The notes below the pieces were generated by a model. It saw only the letters and a program-made list of their open reading frames with translations, searched no databases and was not told the origin of the DNA. From an uncultured Bacilli bacterium (GTDB taxonomy: Bacteria; Bacillota_I; Bacilli_A; RF39; UBA660), in contig CALVOY010000014.1 of assembly GCA_944350415.1 (NCBI GenBank), positions 262 to 64,261 on the forward strand: a stretch of 64,000 nucleotides of DNA, read 5' to 3'. The translations under genes were made by a program, and so were the position numbers. Numbering within the stretch: position 1 is the first letter of the stretch; each line of letters starts with the position of its first letter. This document shows, piece after piece, positions 48,386 to 58,737 of this stretch.

Positions 48386-50038
48386 TTACATAAAAGATTC
48401 AAATCTCTTTTCGATTCGTTCTTTTCCTAATAATCTTAAAATTTCATAAAGATCTGGTGTCATTGAGCTGGTAGTTGCTGCAACACGAATCACTGTAGAT
48501 ACATCCGCAACACTTCCTTTATAAGCGTCTGGATTTAGTTTATATTCCTTCATATCTCCACAGTATCCTAATTCGTTAGACAACTCCTTTATTTTATTGA
48601 ACCAAACTTCTTTATCATCGTTTTCATTAAAATATTTCGTAATATAAGTATTTAAAATTTCTTTGATATCTTCGCGATTATGAATTTTTCCAAAATCATA
48701 ATCTAAATCCCCATTAAAATATTCATCATACATATACCAAATATGTTTTTTGATAGAAGAAAAAGATTCAAAGTCTTTTCTTGGCTTTTTCTGCTCCCTT
48801 TCAATATTTAACACAGAAATAGAAAAATCTTTATATTTTTCTAAAATAGAAGCAAACTCTTGATCAAACTCTTTTGCCCAAACTAAGGCTTTTTCATATA
48901 GTTCATTTGCTTTTAGTCTACTAATATAGCTTCTAGAAATATTCTTTAATTTTTCTAAGTCAAATAAAGAACCACTTACGCTCATTTTTTTAAAATCAAA
49001 TTTAAAGTCATCAATGCCTAGAGTTGGATTTTGATCCCACCAACCTTCAAAATTAGAATTGGCAATCGTCATTAAATAAAGTTTAACAGCTTCTACAGGG
49101 ATACCTTGCTCATGATAAAAACTAACAGCAGCCTCAGGATCCTTTCTTTTAGAAAGTTTGCGTTTGGTTCCATCTTCATCTATTTTCATTACAACTCCAA
49201 GATGAGCATATTTAGGGGCTTTAAATCCTAATACTTGAAATAACTGTAAATGCACAGGAGTAGATGAAATCCACTCTTCTCCTCTTAGAATATGAGTTGT
49301 TCTCATTAAGTGATCATCAATTACATGGGCGAAATGATAAAGAGGTAGTCCATCACTCTTAATCAGAACAATATCCATATCATTTTCAGGAAATTCAATT
49401 TTCCCACGAACTAAATCATTTAAAACAATCTTTTTATTAAAATCACCAGGTGATTTTAATCTTAAAATATATGGTTCCCCTTTTTTTATTTTCTCTATTC
49501 TTTCCTCATTGGTTAAGAAGCGGCATTTGGCATAACTACCATAAATTCCAATTCGTTCTTTATTTAGTTCTTGCATTTTACGTGTTTCATCAATTTCTTC
49601 CTGAGAACAAAAGCATGGGTAAGCAAGACCCTGTTCTACAAGATATTTAGCATATGTGTGATAAATTTCTTTTCTTTCACTCTGAATATAAGGACCATAA
49701 GCACCTATTTGTTCTGTTTCTGATACTACTCCTTCATCAATATCTATTTCAAAGTTTTTTAAATCATCAATAATACCCTGAACGCCATTTTCCACTGTAC
49801 GCTTACCATCTGTATCTTCTATTCGTAAATAAAATACTCCTTCTGTTTCTTTAGGAACCTTACTGGCAATAAAAGCAGCAAGTAGGCTACCCATATGAAC
49901 AAATCCAGTTGGACTTGGAGCAAAGCGTGATACAACTGCTCCTTCTTTCAAATTTCTTTCTGGATATAAGTTTTCATAATATTCAGTATCATGTTTGACA
50001 TCCGGAAACATTAACTCAGCTAATTCTTTATCTGTCAT
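48386..50038 (-). CDS. gltX: glutamyl-tRNA synthetase family enzyme, atypically long (550 aa)
   Basis: RFAPSPTGFVHMGS (HIGH-class motif), RIEDTD, KLSKRK (KMSKS variant). Confidence 0.75.
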   Translation of the reverse strand: MTDKELAELMFPDVKHDTEYYENLYPERNLKEGAVVSRFAPSPTGFVHMGSLLAAFIASKVPKETEGVFYLRIEDTDGKRTVENGVQGIIDDLKNFEIDIDEGVVSETEQIGAYGPYIQSERKEIYHTYAKYLVEQGLAYPCFCSQEEIDETRKMQELNKERIGIYGSYAKCRFLTNEERIEKIKKGEPYILRLKSPGDFNKKIVLNDLVRGKIEFPENDMDIVLIKSDGLPLYHFAHVIDDHLMRTTHILRGEEWISSTPVHLQLFQVLGFKAPKYAHLGVVMKIDEDGTKRKLSKRKDPEAAVSFYHEQGIPVEAVKLYLMTIANSNFEGWWDQNPTLGIDDFKFDFKKMSVSGSLFDLEKLKNISRSYISRLKANELYEKALVWAKEFDQEFASILEKYKDFSISVLNIEREQKKPRKDFESFSSIKKHIWYMYDEYFNGDLDYDFGKIHNREDIKEILNTYITKYFNENDDKEVWFNKIKELSNELGYCGDMKEYKLNPDAYKGSVADVSTVIRVAATTSSMTPDLYEILRLLGKERIEKRFESFM

Positions 50039-50099
50039 CGTTCACACATCCTTTTTTTCTTATTTTATAATATTTCTATTAATAACACAATCCTTTTCA

Positions 50100-50130
50100 A
50101 AAAATAAAATCCTTGAAAACAAGGATTTAT
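50100..50130 (-). terminator. hairpin aaatccttg-tttt-caaggattt followed by T-run between tRNA-Gln and the GluRS gene
   Basis: Inverted repeat followed by TTTATTTTTT on the minus strand. Confidence 0.45.
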
Positions 50131-50136
50131 TGCATA

Positions 50137-50212
50137 TTGGCTGCCCCAGTTAGATTCGAACTAACGCAATAATAGATTCAGAGTCTACCGCCTTACCGCT
50201 TGGCTATGGGGC
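50137..50212 (-). tRNA. tRNA-Gln (anticodon CUG)
   Basis: Same architecture as the tRNA-Gln(UUG) at 58658-58732, with loop CTCTGAA. Confidence 0.7.
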
Positions 50213-50299
50213 AATTTACAATATTGATAATAGCATAAACTTAAAATTTTTTCAATTATTTTAGAAAGAAAAAAGACAAAATTCATTGTCTTAATTTTC

Positions 50300-52948
50300 C
50301 TATTTTTCTCGTATTAATTTTAATAAATGATTGTATACTCTCTCACAATTCTTTTTATCTATATATTTAAATGTTTTTTCGATATTTTTGATATAATCAT
50401 TTTCTAACTTAAATCCGTTATCAAAATAATCTAAAATACCTTTTTTTACATCTAAGTGTTTCGTAACAACTCTACCGAACCCATCTTTATCATAAGAAAA
50501 GTATCCTGGTTTATAATGCTTTTTGAAATACTCTTCTTGATCAAATTGATAAAATATAATTGGCTTTTTTAGATAAGCAACATCAAACATAATGCTCGAA
50601 TAATCTGTAATCATAAGTGATAATTTACTAAATATTTCACTATATATTATATCATCTGCATCTTTTATTTGAACTACATCGTTAGAAAAACTAATAAAAT
50701 AATTATGATAATTTTTAAATCCTGGATGAAGCAAAAACAATATTTTATAACCCGCTTTCCTACATTTATCCAAAATATCTTCATCTGATAAAATTTTCGT
50801 CCATTTAATAAAATATTCTGATTTATCGAAATTTTTAATCGGATCATGAAACCCATCTTTGTTAATGGGTCCAGATAAGAAAGTTCTCCAAGTAGGGGCA
50901 ATTAGTATCATCTTATCTGATTTATCTACCAGTTTATCAAATCGAGGTAATCCAGTAGTAATCACATGACTATTAGCATACATGTACTTTGAACTTAATA
51001 TTTCCATTCTTTCTTTTTCTGTACTAGTTACAAATATATCAATACCAGATTTTGGACGATTTAAAGGTTTATGAACATTATTAATAATTACTCCATGTTG
51101 CAAAAACAAAAATTTATATTCTAATATATCTCTATTTAGTTTAGTTTCCAACTCATTAAAAGGGTTATAAAAATTAGCATGAGAAGATATAATCGCTTTA
51201 CTATTTAAGAATAACTTTTTATGATTCTCACTACCAATATCTACAACATTTCCAATTTTCTCTAGCTTTTTATAATCTGGAGAGTTTTTTGAAATTGCAA
51301 AATAAGTTTTCTTAGCCATCTTTTTATGAAACTTATTAATATATTCAAATAAAGCTTGTCCATTATCATTGGCTACCATTGGTCTATCATTAATGATAAT
51401 ATATTTTTTCTTCTTTTTATTATATTCACGACAGCAATTAATATCGGGGTATTTTTCTTTGATATAATTGTTTTTTTGAATATTATAAAAAAATTCTGAT
51501 AATCTTTTTTTGTTTATAACTTTTAAACTGTAGTTGTCAACTTCTAATATTTTATGGCTACTAAATAAACAAAATGGCTCGTCTTCTTCAATATAACTAT
51601 TATAAATACTAAATTTATCGACAATAGAAAATTCCATTTTGATATCCATTCCTGCTATTTTGATATATGGTTTATATGTGGTATTTTTTATTGGTAATTC
51701 GCATTCAATTTTACAAGCTTTATTAAATATAAGGCCAAGTGTTTTGTTTAAATAATATTCATTATCTGTTTCACTGATTTTGATATCATAAGTTTTTAAT
51801 TCAGAGTCTTTAAAACGAAACAAAATGTTTTTATTATTAGGAATGATATCATTATATACTCCTTCCACTTTAATTTTATGATCATCAAAATTTAGTTTAG
51901 ATAATATCAAAGGAAATTGAGATATGATACCAACTTTTACGGAATTTACATAAAGTCTGTTATCGATGATTTTATATTCAATATGATTGGGATCCCAATC
52001 ATATTTTAAAGTTAGCAAAGCAACTTTAAATAAATGGTTAGAAGAATAATATTTTCTAATTGTTTCTTCATCAATATCATTCAATATCTTTTTACATAAA
52101 GTGTGCGATTCATTTAATTTTTCTGGAGTGGCTTTATTCAGTGCTTGATTTCGTTTTATAATTTCTCCTATCATAATATACTGTAAAAAGCTTGGCATTT
52201 TCATTTTTTTCTTTTTTAATATTGCAGTGAATTTTTCATATAGAAATGCCATAGTATCAATAAAATTATTAATATCACATCTATTTAGTCCTGTTAAAGA
52301 ATTGTTTGTTGGTCTAATTCTATAATTATATATAGCTTCATCCGAGGAGATTACTCCAAACACACTATTTTCTAAATAAATTTGGCAATTTAAGTACAAA
52401 TCTTCTGCTACTACGATACTAGTATCATATCTTAAATGTTCAAACAAGTTAACTCTATAAAATGTAGCTGCTGATGATAAAATATAGTTTTGTGGACTTT
52501 CTTCCAAGTCGACAATTACTGTTTCTTTTTCAAATTTTTTATATCTTGGATGAATACCTGTTTTATGATCAAAATATTGTACTACTAAACCAACCAAATT
52601 GATTTCGGAATTATTCAAAAAAAATTCATTTACTTTTTCTAGTGCTAGTTCACTTATCGTATCATCAGGATCTAAAAAATTAACATATTTTCCTTTTACA
52701 TAGTTCAATCCATAATTTCTGGCAGATGACAAACCACCATTTTCTTTTTCATGATATTCAATATTAGGATATAAACTAACATATTTTAAGCAAATGTCTT
52801 TACTATGATCTGTGGAACCATCGTTAACCAATATTAACTGAACTTTTTCAAAAGGAAAACTCTGTTTTATAACTGATTCGATTGCTTCTTCTATATAGTC
52901 TTCTACATTATAGATAGACATTATAATCGAAAACACATATTCTTGCAT
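50300..52948 (-). CDS. bifunctional GT2 glycosyltransferase / CDP-glycerol glycerophosphotransferase (TagF/TagB-like), teichoic-acid-type polymer synthesis
   Basis: N-terminus IIMSIYNVEDYIEEAIESVIKQSF...LVNDGSTD (GT2); C-terminus ITDYSSIMFDVAYLKKPIIFYQFD (TagF family). Confidence 0.75.
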   Translation of the reverse strand: MQEYVFSIIMSIYNVEDYIEEAIESVIKQSFPFEKVQLILVNDGSTDHSKDICLKYVSLYPNIEYHEKENGGLSSARNYGLNYVKGKYVNFLDPDDTISELALEKVNEFFLNNSEINLVGLVVQYFDHKTGIHPRYKKFEKETVIVDLEESPQNYILSSAATFYRVNLFEHLRYDTSIVVAEDLYLNCQIYLENSVFGVISSDEAIYNYRIRPTNNSLTGLNRCDINNFIDTMAFLYEKFTAILKKKKMKMPSFLQYIMIGEIIKRNQALNKATPEKLNESHTLCKKILNDIDEETIRKYYSSNHLFKVALLTLKYDWDPNHIEYKIIDNRLYVNSVKVGIISQFPLILSKLNFDDHKIKVEGVYNDIIPNNKNILFRFKDSELKTYDIKISETDNEYYLNKTLGLIFNKACKIECELPIKNTTYKPYIKIAGMDIKMEFSIVDKFSIYNSYIEEDEPFCLFSSHKILEVDNYSLKVINKKRLSEFFYNIQKNNYIKEKYPDINCCREYNKKKKKYIIINDRPMVANDNGQALFEYINKFHKKMAKKTYFAISKNSPDYKKLEKIGNVVDIGSENHKKLFLNSKAIISSHANFYNPFNELETKLNRDILEYKFLFLQHGVIINNVHKPLNRPKSGIDIFVTSTEKERMEILSSKYMYANSHVITTGLPRFDKLVDKSDKMILIAPTWRTFLSGPINKDGFHDPIKNFDKSEYFIKWTKILSDEDILDKCRKAGYKILFLLHPGFKNYHNYFISFSNDVVQIKDADDIIYSEIFSKLSLMITDYSSIMFDVAYLKKPIIFYQFDQEEYFKKHYKPGYFSYDKDGFGRVVTKHLDVKKGILDYFDNGFKLENDYIKNIEKTFKYIDKKNCERVYNHLLKLIREK

Positions 52949-53027
52949 AAAATCACTCCCCCAAAAATTATTAGTTACACGATTTTATTTTTCGGATGAT
53001 CAATATACTAGACTCATCTAATAAAAA

Positions 53028-53663
53028 TCAATTTAAAATTTTTTCTATATATTCTTTTATCTCAGATTCTTCGGCATGATTGAAAAAGAAATCTTTAAAA
53101 TTTGGGCGATTGATTGCCTCTTTTAAGAAATCTTGATCTATTTCTTTTAGAATCGTTAACATATCTTTATGAGTAATTTGTTTGATATCATCTAAAATTT
53201 TTTTATTTCTCTGTTCAGCTTCTCTTCTTTCTACTGGATAACCTCCACCAAAAGGAGTAGCAAACAGTTTTTCAAAAATATAAGTTAATGTCACTTCACT
53301 ACCCCAACCAAATCCTTTGGCAAAAGGTATGCTAATCGCATTCCCTGCATTTATCTGGCTAAATAAGTAAGCATCTGTAGGATCGGCAATTAAACCACAT
53401 TCTACATTTGGAAAACTATTTAATGCAAGCATTGCTCCTTCTCCGGTTCCACAACCAGTCACTACAAAATCAATTGCTTTTGTATTTAGTAATATTGCGG
53501 CTAACAGTCCATTCTGTACATAGGTTAGATTAGAATCTTCAGCGCTAGTCATTCCTAAATTATAAAGTTCATAGCCCTTCTGATCACAAACTGATTTTAA
53601 TGCATTATAAATGATTTCATTCTTACCTGCTTGACTATTTTCATTAATCAAAGCCACTTTCAT
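53028..53663 (-). CDS. RpiB/LacA/LacB-family sugar-phosphate isomerase
   Basis: VTGCGTGEGAMLALNSFPNVECGLIADPTDAYLFSQINAGNAISIP. Confidence 0.65.
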   Translation of the reverse strand: MKVALINENSQAGKNEIIYNALKSVCDQKGYELYNLGMTSAEDSNLTYVQNGLLAAILLNTKAIDFVVTGCGTGEGAMLALNSFPNVECGLIADPTDAYLFSQINAGNAISIPFAKGFGWGSEVTLTYIFEKLFATPFGGGYPVERREAEQRNKKILDDIKQITHKDMLTILKEIDQDFLKEAINRPNFKDFFFNHAEESEIKEYIEKILN

Positions 53664-53696
53664 ATTATCTCCTCCATGACTAGTCTATCATAAACT

Positions 53697-54833
53697 TTAT
53701 TTTAATGTAAAACTATTATTAATAATGGGAATGCTATATAAAAATAATACATCTAGATTTGGACTACTTAAATCAACCTCTTCTATACTTGAGAGAAGTT
53801 CACTACTTATATATCTTAAATCAATTAATGTAATTTTAGAATAATTGGAAATCAACAGTGGAGCGATACTACTTCCAAATGAATCACGAAATAATACTAA
53901 TTCTTTTCCATTGGTTTGATTTTCATTTTCAATTATTAATAAGGGCTTGGCTCCTCCTAAATAAATATCATAAGAATCTATATTCGTCAAATCTTTTTCT
54001 TCGTATACCTTTCTATATTCTTGTTTTTCATAATCAAAAACATTCGCATTCTTGATATCATCATTCATTACATAAGTTAATTGATCTGGTGGTAAGTTAT
54101 TCGCTATTCTTCCATATAAGGCTCCATAAAACTTGGAATAGTACTGTTTTTCATTCGGTATTTCTGTTTTTCTTAAATTCATAGCTTCTTCTATTTTCGC
54201 TACTGTACTAGCTAGACATTCTTGTTTCCAATGAATATCTGTTTTATAGTAAGAATCCAAATTTAAGGTATCCATCAAATTAATATACTCCATATTAGTT
54301 AATTCTTGATTTAATAGTAATTGCATTTTCTCATAATCTAATTTTGGAATTGTATCATCTAAAAAATAATTTTTATCCGGAATGATACCATAATAAACAT
54401 GGTCTGTTTTTAGATACTGATTTTGAACCTTATTTAGTAAATCGGTAAAATGAGCAATTGATTTTTCATTAATTGACTGATCTAATTGATAAATTGCTCC
54501 TTCATGTACAAAAACACCATCTTCATCTTTTTTTTGGAATAGATGATTAGAAACTACTCCTTTTAGCTTTCTAAACCAATCTCTAGCTGGAAATTGTTCT
54601 ACTAAATAGTGATTCAAGTCTTCAAAAAAATCACCATTCATTATCGTTTCTATTTGAATCTTAGGAAAACTAGCTAATTTTCTTCGTTCTGCAACAGAAA
54701 CGCTTTTATCAGGAAGAACAGTTCCTAAAAACATAATACCAAATATCACTATCAGAAATAAAATACTTAAAACTTTATTTTTCATAGTTCCTCCTTTAAA
54801 AACGAAAATATAAGAATGGATTAAATGACTCAT
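53697..54833 (-). CDS. AlgJ/AlgX/DltD-like periplasmic partner of the MBOAT acyltransferase
   Basis: N-terminal signal-anchor; directly downstream of and overlapping the MBOAT gene. Confidence 0.45.
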   Translation of the reverse strand: MSHLIHSYIFVFKGGTMKNKVLSILFLIVIFGIMFLGTVLPDKSVSVAERRKLASFPKIQIETIMNGDFFEDLNHYLVEQFPARDWFRKLKGVVSNHLFQKKDEDGVFVHEGAIYQLDQSINEKSIAHFTDLLNKVQNQYLKTDHVYYGIIPDKNYFLDDTIPKLDYEKMQLLLNQELTNMEYINLMDTLNLDSYYKTDIHWKQECLASTVAKIEEAMNLRKTEIPNEKQYYSKFYGALYGRIANNLPPDQLTYVMNDDIKNANVFDYEKQEYRKVYEEKDLTNIDSYDIYLGGAKPLLIIENENQTNGKELVLFRDSFGSSIAPLLISNYSKITLIDLRYISSELLSSIEEVDLSSPNLDVLFLYSIPIINNSFTLK

Positions 54834-56193
54834 CTACGATATAGGCTGTTACAATAATGAATAATCCAATATAAAAAACTGGTTCCATTATAGATAGCAC
54901 CTTTGCAGAAAAATTACCAAGCGACATCTTTTTCTTTACTATTTTTAACCATGGAATAGAAGCTATAATAGAAATGATTATAACTCCAGCATAGTTTTTA
55001 AGAAAGTAAATGGTTTCAATATTAGCAAAATGTAAATGATTGAATCCAAACATATTTTTTAGAAATAAAATAATGTTAGATATACTAGTTTCATTAAAAA
55101 TAATAAAACTAATTAATACTAAAAAAAGCGTATAAATATGACCTAGTACTTTATGCTTATCTAATATGGTCAATAGAAAAGCTTTCTCTATCATTAAAAA
55201 GATTGCGAAATAGATTCCCCATAAGATAAAATTCCAACTAGCTCCATGCCATAATCCTGTAATCATCCATACTATAAAAATGTTACGATATTTTTTATAA
55301 TTTGATACTCTACTTCCTCCTAAGGGGATATAAATATAATCTCGAAACCAACTTGATAGTGAAATATGCCATCTTCTCCAAAAGTCAGTAATACTTCTAG
55401 CAATCAATGGGTAGTTAAAATTTTCTAAAAAGTGGAATCCAAACATAAGACCCAAACCTATTGCCATGTCACTATAACCAGAGAAATCAAAATAGATTTG
55501 TAGGGTATTTGCCACTGCTTGTAACCAGTAAGAAAGAACGGATTGAGTGGTAAGATTTACTAAATTCTTGGTTAACTCTCCTAATACATTGGCTAGTAAT
55601 ACCTTTTTCGCTAAACCAATAATCAACCTTTTGATACCACTTGCAAATAAATCAAAATTTACTGTTCTGTTTTCTAACTCTTCACTTACTGTCTGATAAC
55701 GAACAATAGGTCCTGCTATCAATTGAGGGAAAAGAGATAAATAAGTAGCAAAGGTAAAAACATTTTTGGCACTTTTGACATCTCCTTTATAGATATCTAT
55801 TACATAACTAGTTGCTTGAAAGGTGAAAAAGCTAATTCCAATTGGCATAATAATACTAGTCCATGATAAATTAGTAGCAAATAGATAATTGATATTTTCC
55901 AAAAAAAAGTTAAAGTATTTGAAATAAAATAAAATTCCAAAGTTAATTACTAAATTAAGTACTAATAACTTTTTTTTGAAATTCGCAGGTGCTTTTTCTA
56001 AAGATTTGCCATAATAGTAATTAAAAACACACGAAAAAATAAGTACTAAAATATATCGTGGTTCTCCATAAAAGTAGAAAAATAAACTAGTAATTAACAG
56101 CACAAAATTTTTCGCTTTTTTGGGAACAATAACATATGAAAGCAATGTAATTGGTAAAAAATAATATAAAAATGAAACACTTGAAAACACCAT
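54796..56193 (-). CDS. MBOAT-family membrane O-acyltransferase (AlgI/DltB-like)
   Basis: WRRWHISLSSWFRDYIYIPLGG...LWHGASW with the invariant His. Confidence 0.85.
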   Translation of the reverse strand: MVFSSVSFLYYFLPITLLSYVIVPKKAKNFVLLITSLFFYFYGEPRYILVLIFSCVFNYYYGKSLEKAPANFKKKLLVLNLVINFGILFYFKYFNFFLENINYLFATNLSWTSIIMPIGISFFTFQATSYVIDIYKGDVKSAKNVFTFATYLSLFPQLIAGPIVRYQTVSEELENRTVNFDLFASGIKRLIIGLAKKVLLANVLGELTKNLVNLTTQSVLSYWLQAVANTLQIYFDFSGYSDMAIGLGLMFGFHFLENFNYPLIARSITDFWRRWHISLSSWFRDYIYIPLGGSRVSNYKKYRNIFIVWMITGLWHGASWNFILWGIYFAIFLMIEKAFLLTILDKHKVLGHIYTLFLVLISFIIFNETSISNIILFLKNMFGFNHLHFANIETIYFLKNYAGVIIISIIASIPWLKIVKKKMSLGNFSAKVLSIMEPVFYIGLFIIVTAYIVDESFNPFLYFRF

Positions 56194-56230
56194 AAAAGTC
56201 TCCTATGAAAAAAACTTTCAGTTAGAAAGT

Positions 56231-56704
56231 TTATTTAAGTTTTTCAAAATTGGTTTTTATTGTCTCTGCTTTGTCATCTGACATAATCAAAATAATTAAA
56301 TCTCCCTTACTTTCTACAAAGACATTTTCAGCTTCTACACATATCCATTTTCTAGGATTTGCATTTTCTTTAATTTTAGTTTTAGCCTCTTCAATTTCCT
56401 TTTCTGTAGCATCTTCTGTCATACGAATTAAGACAACAGAATGAGCAATCGATCCAACACCAGACTCAGATGCAAGAGCTTCTTTCCACTTGATATCTTT
56501 AGTACCAATATAAGATTCTATGTTTTCTTCCGTTAATTCAATATTTTGTAACATCATTGGAAGTTGGTCTTCACTAATTCCTTCATAAACTTTTGTCATT
56601 AAATCCTCAAGTGTTCCTTCTACATGTACTATCTTTTGTCCACAACCTGTGATAAACAATAAGGCTATTGTGAACACACTTAAAATGCTTACTATTTTTT
56701 TCAT
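56231..56704 (-). CDS. lipoprotein (lipobox ITGC)
   Basis: Signal peptide + LFITGCGQ. Confidence 0.55.
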   Translation of the reverse strand: MKKIVSILSVFTIALLFITGCGQKIVHVEGTLEDLMTKVYEGISEDQLPMMLQNIELTEENIESYIGTKDIKWKEALASESGVGSIAHSVVLIRMTEDATEKEIEEAKTKIKENANPRKWICVEAENVFVESKGDLIILIMSDDKAETIKTNFEKLK

Positions 56705-56760
56705 AATTTTTTCCTTCCTTTTCTATATTTCTTTTTTTCTATGAAAGAAAACTCTATGCT

Positions 56761-57099
56761 TTATTTTCTCATTACTTCTAAAAAACTATTTTGTTGCTTT
56801 CTTTCATAAAGTGAGATATCTTGTCTCCATAGACGATCGACTTCTAATTCTTCTACGGATTCTATATCTCTATTCATCACACTTGGTTGAACATTATCAT
56901 CGATGTTAGTAGATGAACTAGGTAAAATGGAAGAAATTATAACGATTGTTAATACTGAAATAGGAATTAAATAACGCTTTAACCGAACCATACTAGAATA
57001 TTTTGGTGATTCTATTCGATTTAGAATCTGTTGATAATTATCTTGCTCACTAAATTTTTGATTGAATAATTCTTTTAAATTCAATTTTATCAACTCCAC
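56761..57099 (-). CDS. putative anti-sigma factor (single TM)
   Basis: Overlaps ECF sigma stop; central TM helix. Confidence 0.45.
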   Translation of the reverse strand: MELIKLNLKELFNQKFSEQDNYQQILNRIESPKYSSMVRLKRYLIPISVLTIVIISSILPSSSTNIDDNVQPSVMNRDIESVEELEVDRLWRQDISLYERKQQNSFLEVMRK

Positions 57100-57632
57100 T
57101 TTTTTACATTTTCTTTTAGTTCTTTCAGAGTTCTATACAATATATTTTTTACCTTAGATTCACTTAAGTTTAATTCTTCAGCAATTTCTTTTATAGTGAT
57201 ATCTAACTGATAATATAAAGAAAATACTTTCATTGTAGTAGATCCTTTGCTTTTTAAGAATTCCCAAACTTTTTCTGCCATTAACTTTGAAAAAACAACA
57301 TCTTCAATTATTTCTTCTGAACAAATATTATCTAGTAATATAGTATCATGTGTTGTTTTTGCAAAAAGAGAAATAATTGGAATTCTTTTTAAAACCGTAT
57401 AGTACTTTTTTACTTTATGATTAGCAATTCCTATTAAGTAGGCTTCATTATTTTCAATCACTCTCATACTAACTAGATGTTTATAAAATTCTGTATATAC
57501 TTCTTGAATGATATCATTTACATCTTCTGTATTCGAACATTTACAAATAATATATTTCAATACTTTTGGATAAGTATCTTTATAGATTTGCTCAAACTGT
57601 TCTAATACAAGTTTTTCCTCCATTTGATTCAC
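57090..57632 (-). CDS. ECF-type RNA polymerase sigma-70 factor
   Basis: Region 2 IIQEVYTEFYKHL and region 4 ELNLSESKVKNILYRTLKELK. Confidence 0.8.
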   Translation of the reverse strand: MNQMEEKLVLEQFEQIYKDTYPKVLKYIICKCSNTEDVNDIIQEVYTEFYKHLVSMRVIENNEAYLIGIANHKVKKYYTVLKRIPIISLFAKTTHDTILLDNICSEEIIEDVVFSKLMAEKVWEFLKSKGSTTMKVFSLYYQLDITIKEIAEELNLSESKVKNILYRTLKELKENVKKWS

Positions 57633-57721
57633 CTACATTCTTATAGTGTCATTATTGTTATAAAAAGTTTCAAAAAATTTAAAAAATCTGAACCATAGTA
57701 GTCCAGATTTTATATTCCATA

Positions 57722-57797
57722 TGGTGGAGCATAACGGGATCGAACCGTTGACCTCCACGGTGCAAACGTGGCGCTCTCCCAGCTGAGCTAATGCCCC
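57722..57797 (-). tRNA. tRNA-Ala (TGC)
   Basis: GGGGCAT acceptor, anticodon loop TTTGCAC. Confidence 0.85.
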
Positions 57798-57945
57798 ATA
57801 TCATTACTTAATACAGTTCGATAGGCTTATAAACTGCATCAGTAAGTTAATCATATCATTAGTGGACTTTAAAAGTCAATATCTAAATGTTATGATTATA
57901 ATTTTATTATAAAACTCTTATGGTAATAAGAGTTTATAAACTAAA

Positions 57946-58022
57946 TGGTCGGGAAGACAGGATTTGAACCTGCAACCCCTTGGTCCCAAACCAAGTGCTC
58001 TACCAAGTTGAGCCACTTCCCG
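57946..58022 (-). tRNA. tRNA-Pro (TGG)
   Basis: CGGGAAG acceptor, loop TTTGGGA. Confidence 0.85.
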
Positions 58023-58024
58023 AA

Positions 58025-58101
58025 TGGTGCGCTCGAAGGGATTCGAACCCCTGACCTTTTGGTTCGTAGCCAAACACTCTATCCAGCTGAGCTACGAGCG
58101 C
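58025..58101 (-). tRNA. tRNA-Arg (ACG)
   Basis: GCGCTCG acceptor, loop CTACGAA. Confidence 0.85.
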
Positions 58102-58135
58102 ATGACCAGTTACCGGTCAGTTCTAAAAATAAATA

Positions 58136-58211
<76 letters not shown>

Positions 58212-58214
58212 ATA

Positions 58215-58291
58215 TGGCGGTCTCAACGGGACTCGAACCCGCGATCTTCTGCGTGACAGGCAGACGTGTTAACCAGCTGCACCATGAGACC
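58215..58291 (-). tRNA. tRNA-Asp (GTC)
   Basis: GGTCTCA acceptor, loop CTGTCAC. Confidence 0.85.
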
Positions 58292-58296
58292 AATTA

Positions 58297-58373
58297 TGGT
58301 TGCGGGAACAGGATTTGAACCTGTGACCTCTGGGTTATGAGCCCAACGAGCTACCAGACTGCTCTATCCCGCG
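58297..58373 (-). tRNA. initiator tRNA-fMet (CAT)
   Basis: CGCGGG 5' end with C1:A72 mismatch, GGG/CCC anticodon stem, loop CTCATAA. Confidence 0.8.
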
Positions 58374-58379
58374 ATATTG

Positions 58380-58472
58380 TGGCGGAGGAAAAGGGATTCG
58401 AACCCCTGCGCCGCTTGCACGACCTCCCGGTTTTCAAGACCGGTCCCTTCAACCAGACTTGGGTATTCCTCC
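58380..58472 (-). tRNA. tRNA-Ser (TGA)
   Basis: GGAGGAA acceptor, long variable arm, loop CTTGAAA. Confidence 0.8.
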
Positions 58473-58474
58473 GT

Positions 58475-58563
58475 TGGTGCCTAAGGTCGGACTTGAACCG
58501 ACACGAGTGTTGAAGCTCGCAGGATTTTAAGTCCTGTGCGTCTACCTATTCCGCCACTCAGGC
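58475..58563 (-). tRNA. tRNA-Leu (TAA)
   Basis: GCCTGAG acceptor, long variable arm, loop CTTAAAA. Confidence 0.8.
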
Positions 58564-58571
58564 ACAAATTA

Positions 58572-58647
58572 TGGTGTCCCGTTGGAGATTCGAACTCCAG
58601 ACCCTCTGATTAAAAGTCAGATGCTCTACCGACTGAGCTAACGGAAC
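58572..58647 (-). tRNA. tRNA-Lys (TTT)
   Basis: Loop CTTTTAA. Confidence 0.85.
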
Positions 58648-58657
58648 AAATCATAAA

Positions 58658-58732
58658 TGGCTGCCTCGGCTAGATTCGAACTAGCGCATGTCAGAGTCAA
58701 AGTCTGATGCCTTACCACTTGGCTACGAGGCA
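58658..58732 (-). tRNA. tRNA-Gln (TTG)
   Basis: TGCCTCG acceptor, loop CTTTGAC. Confidence 0.85.
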
Positions 58733-58737
58733 ATCTA

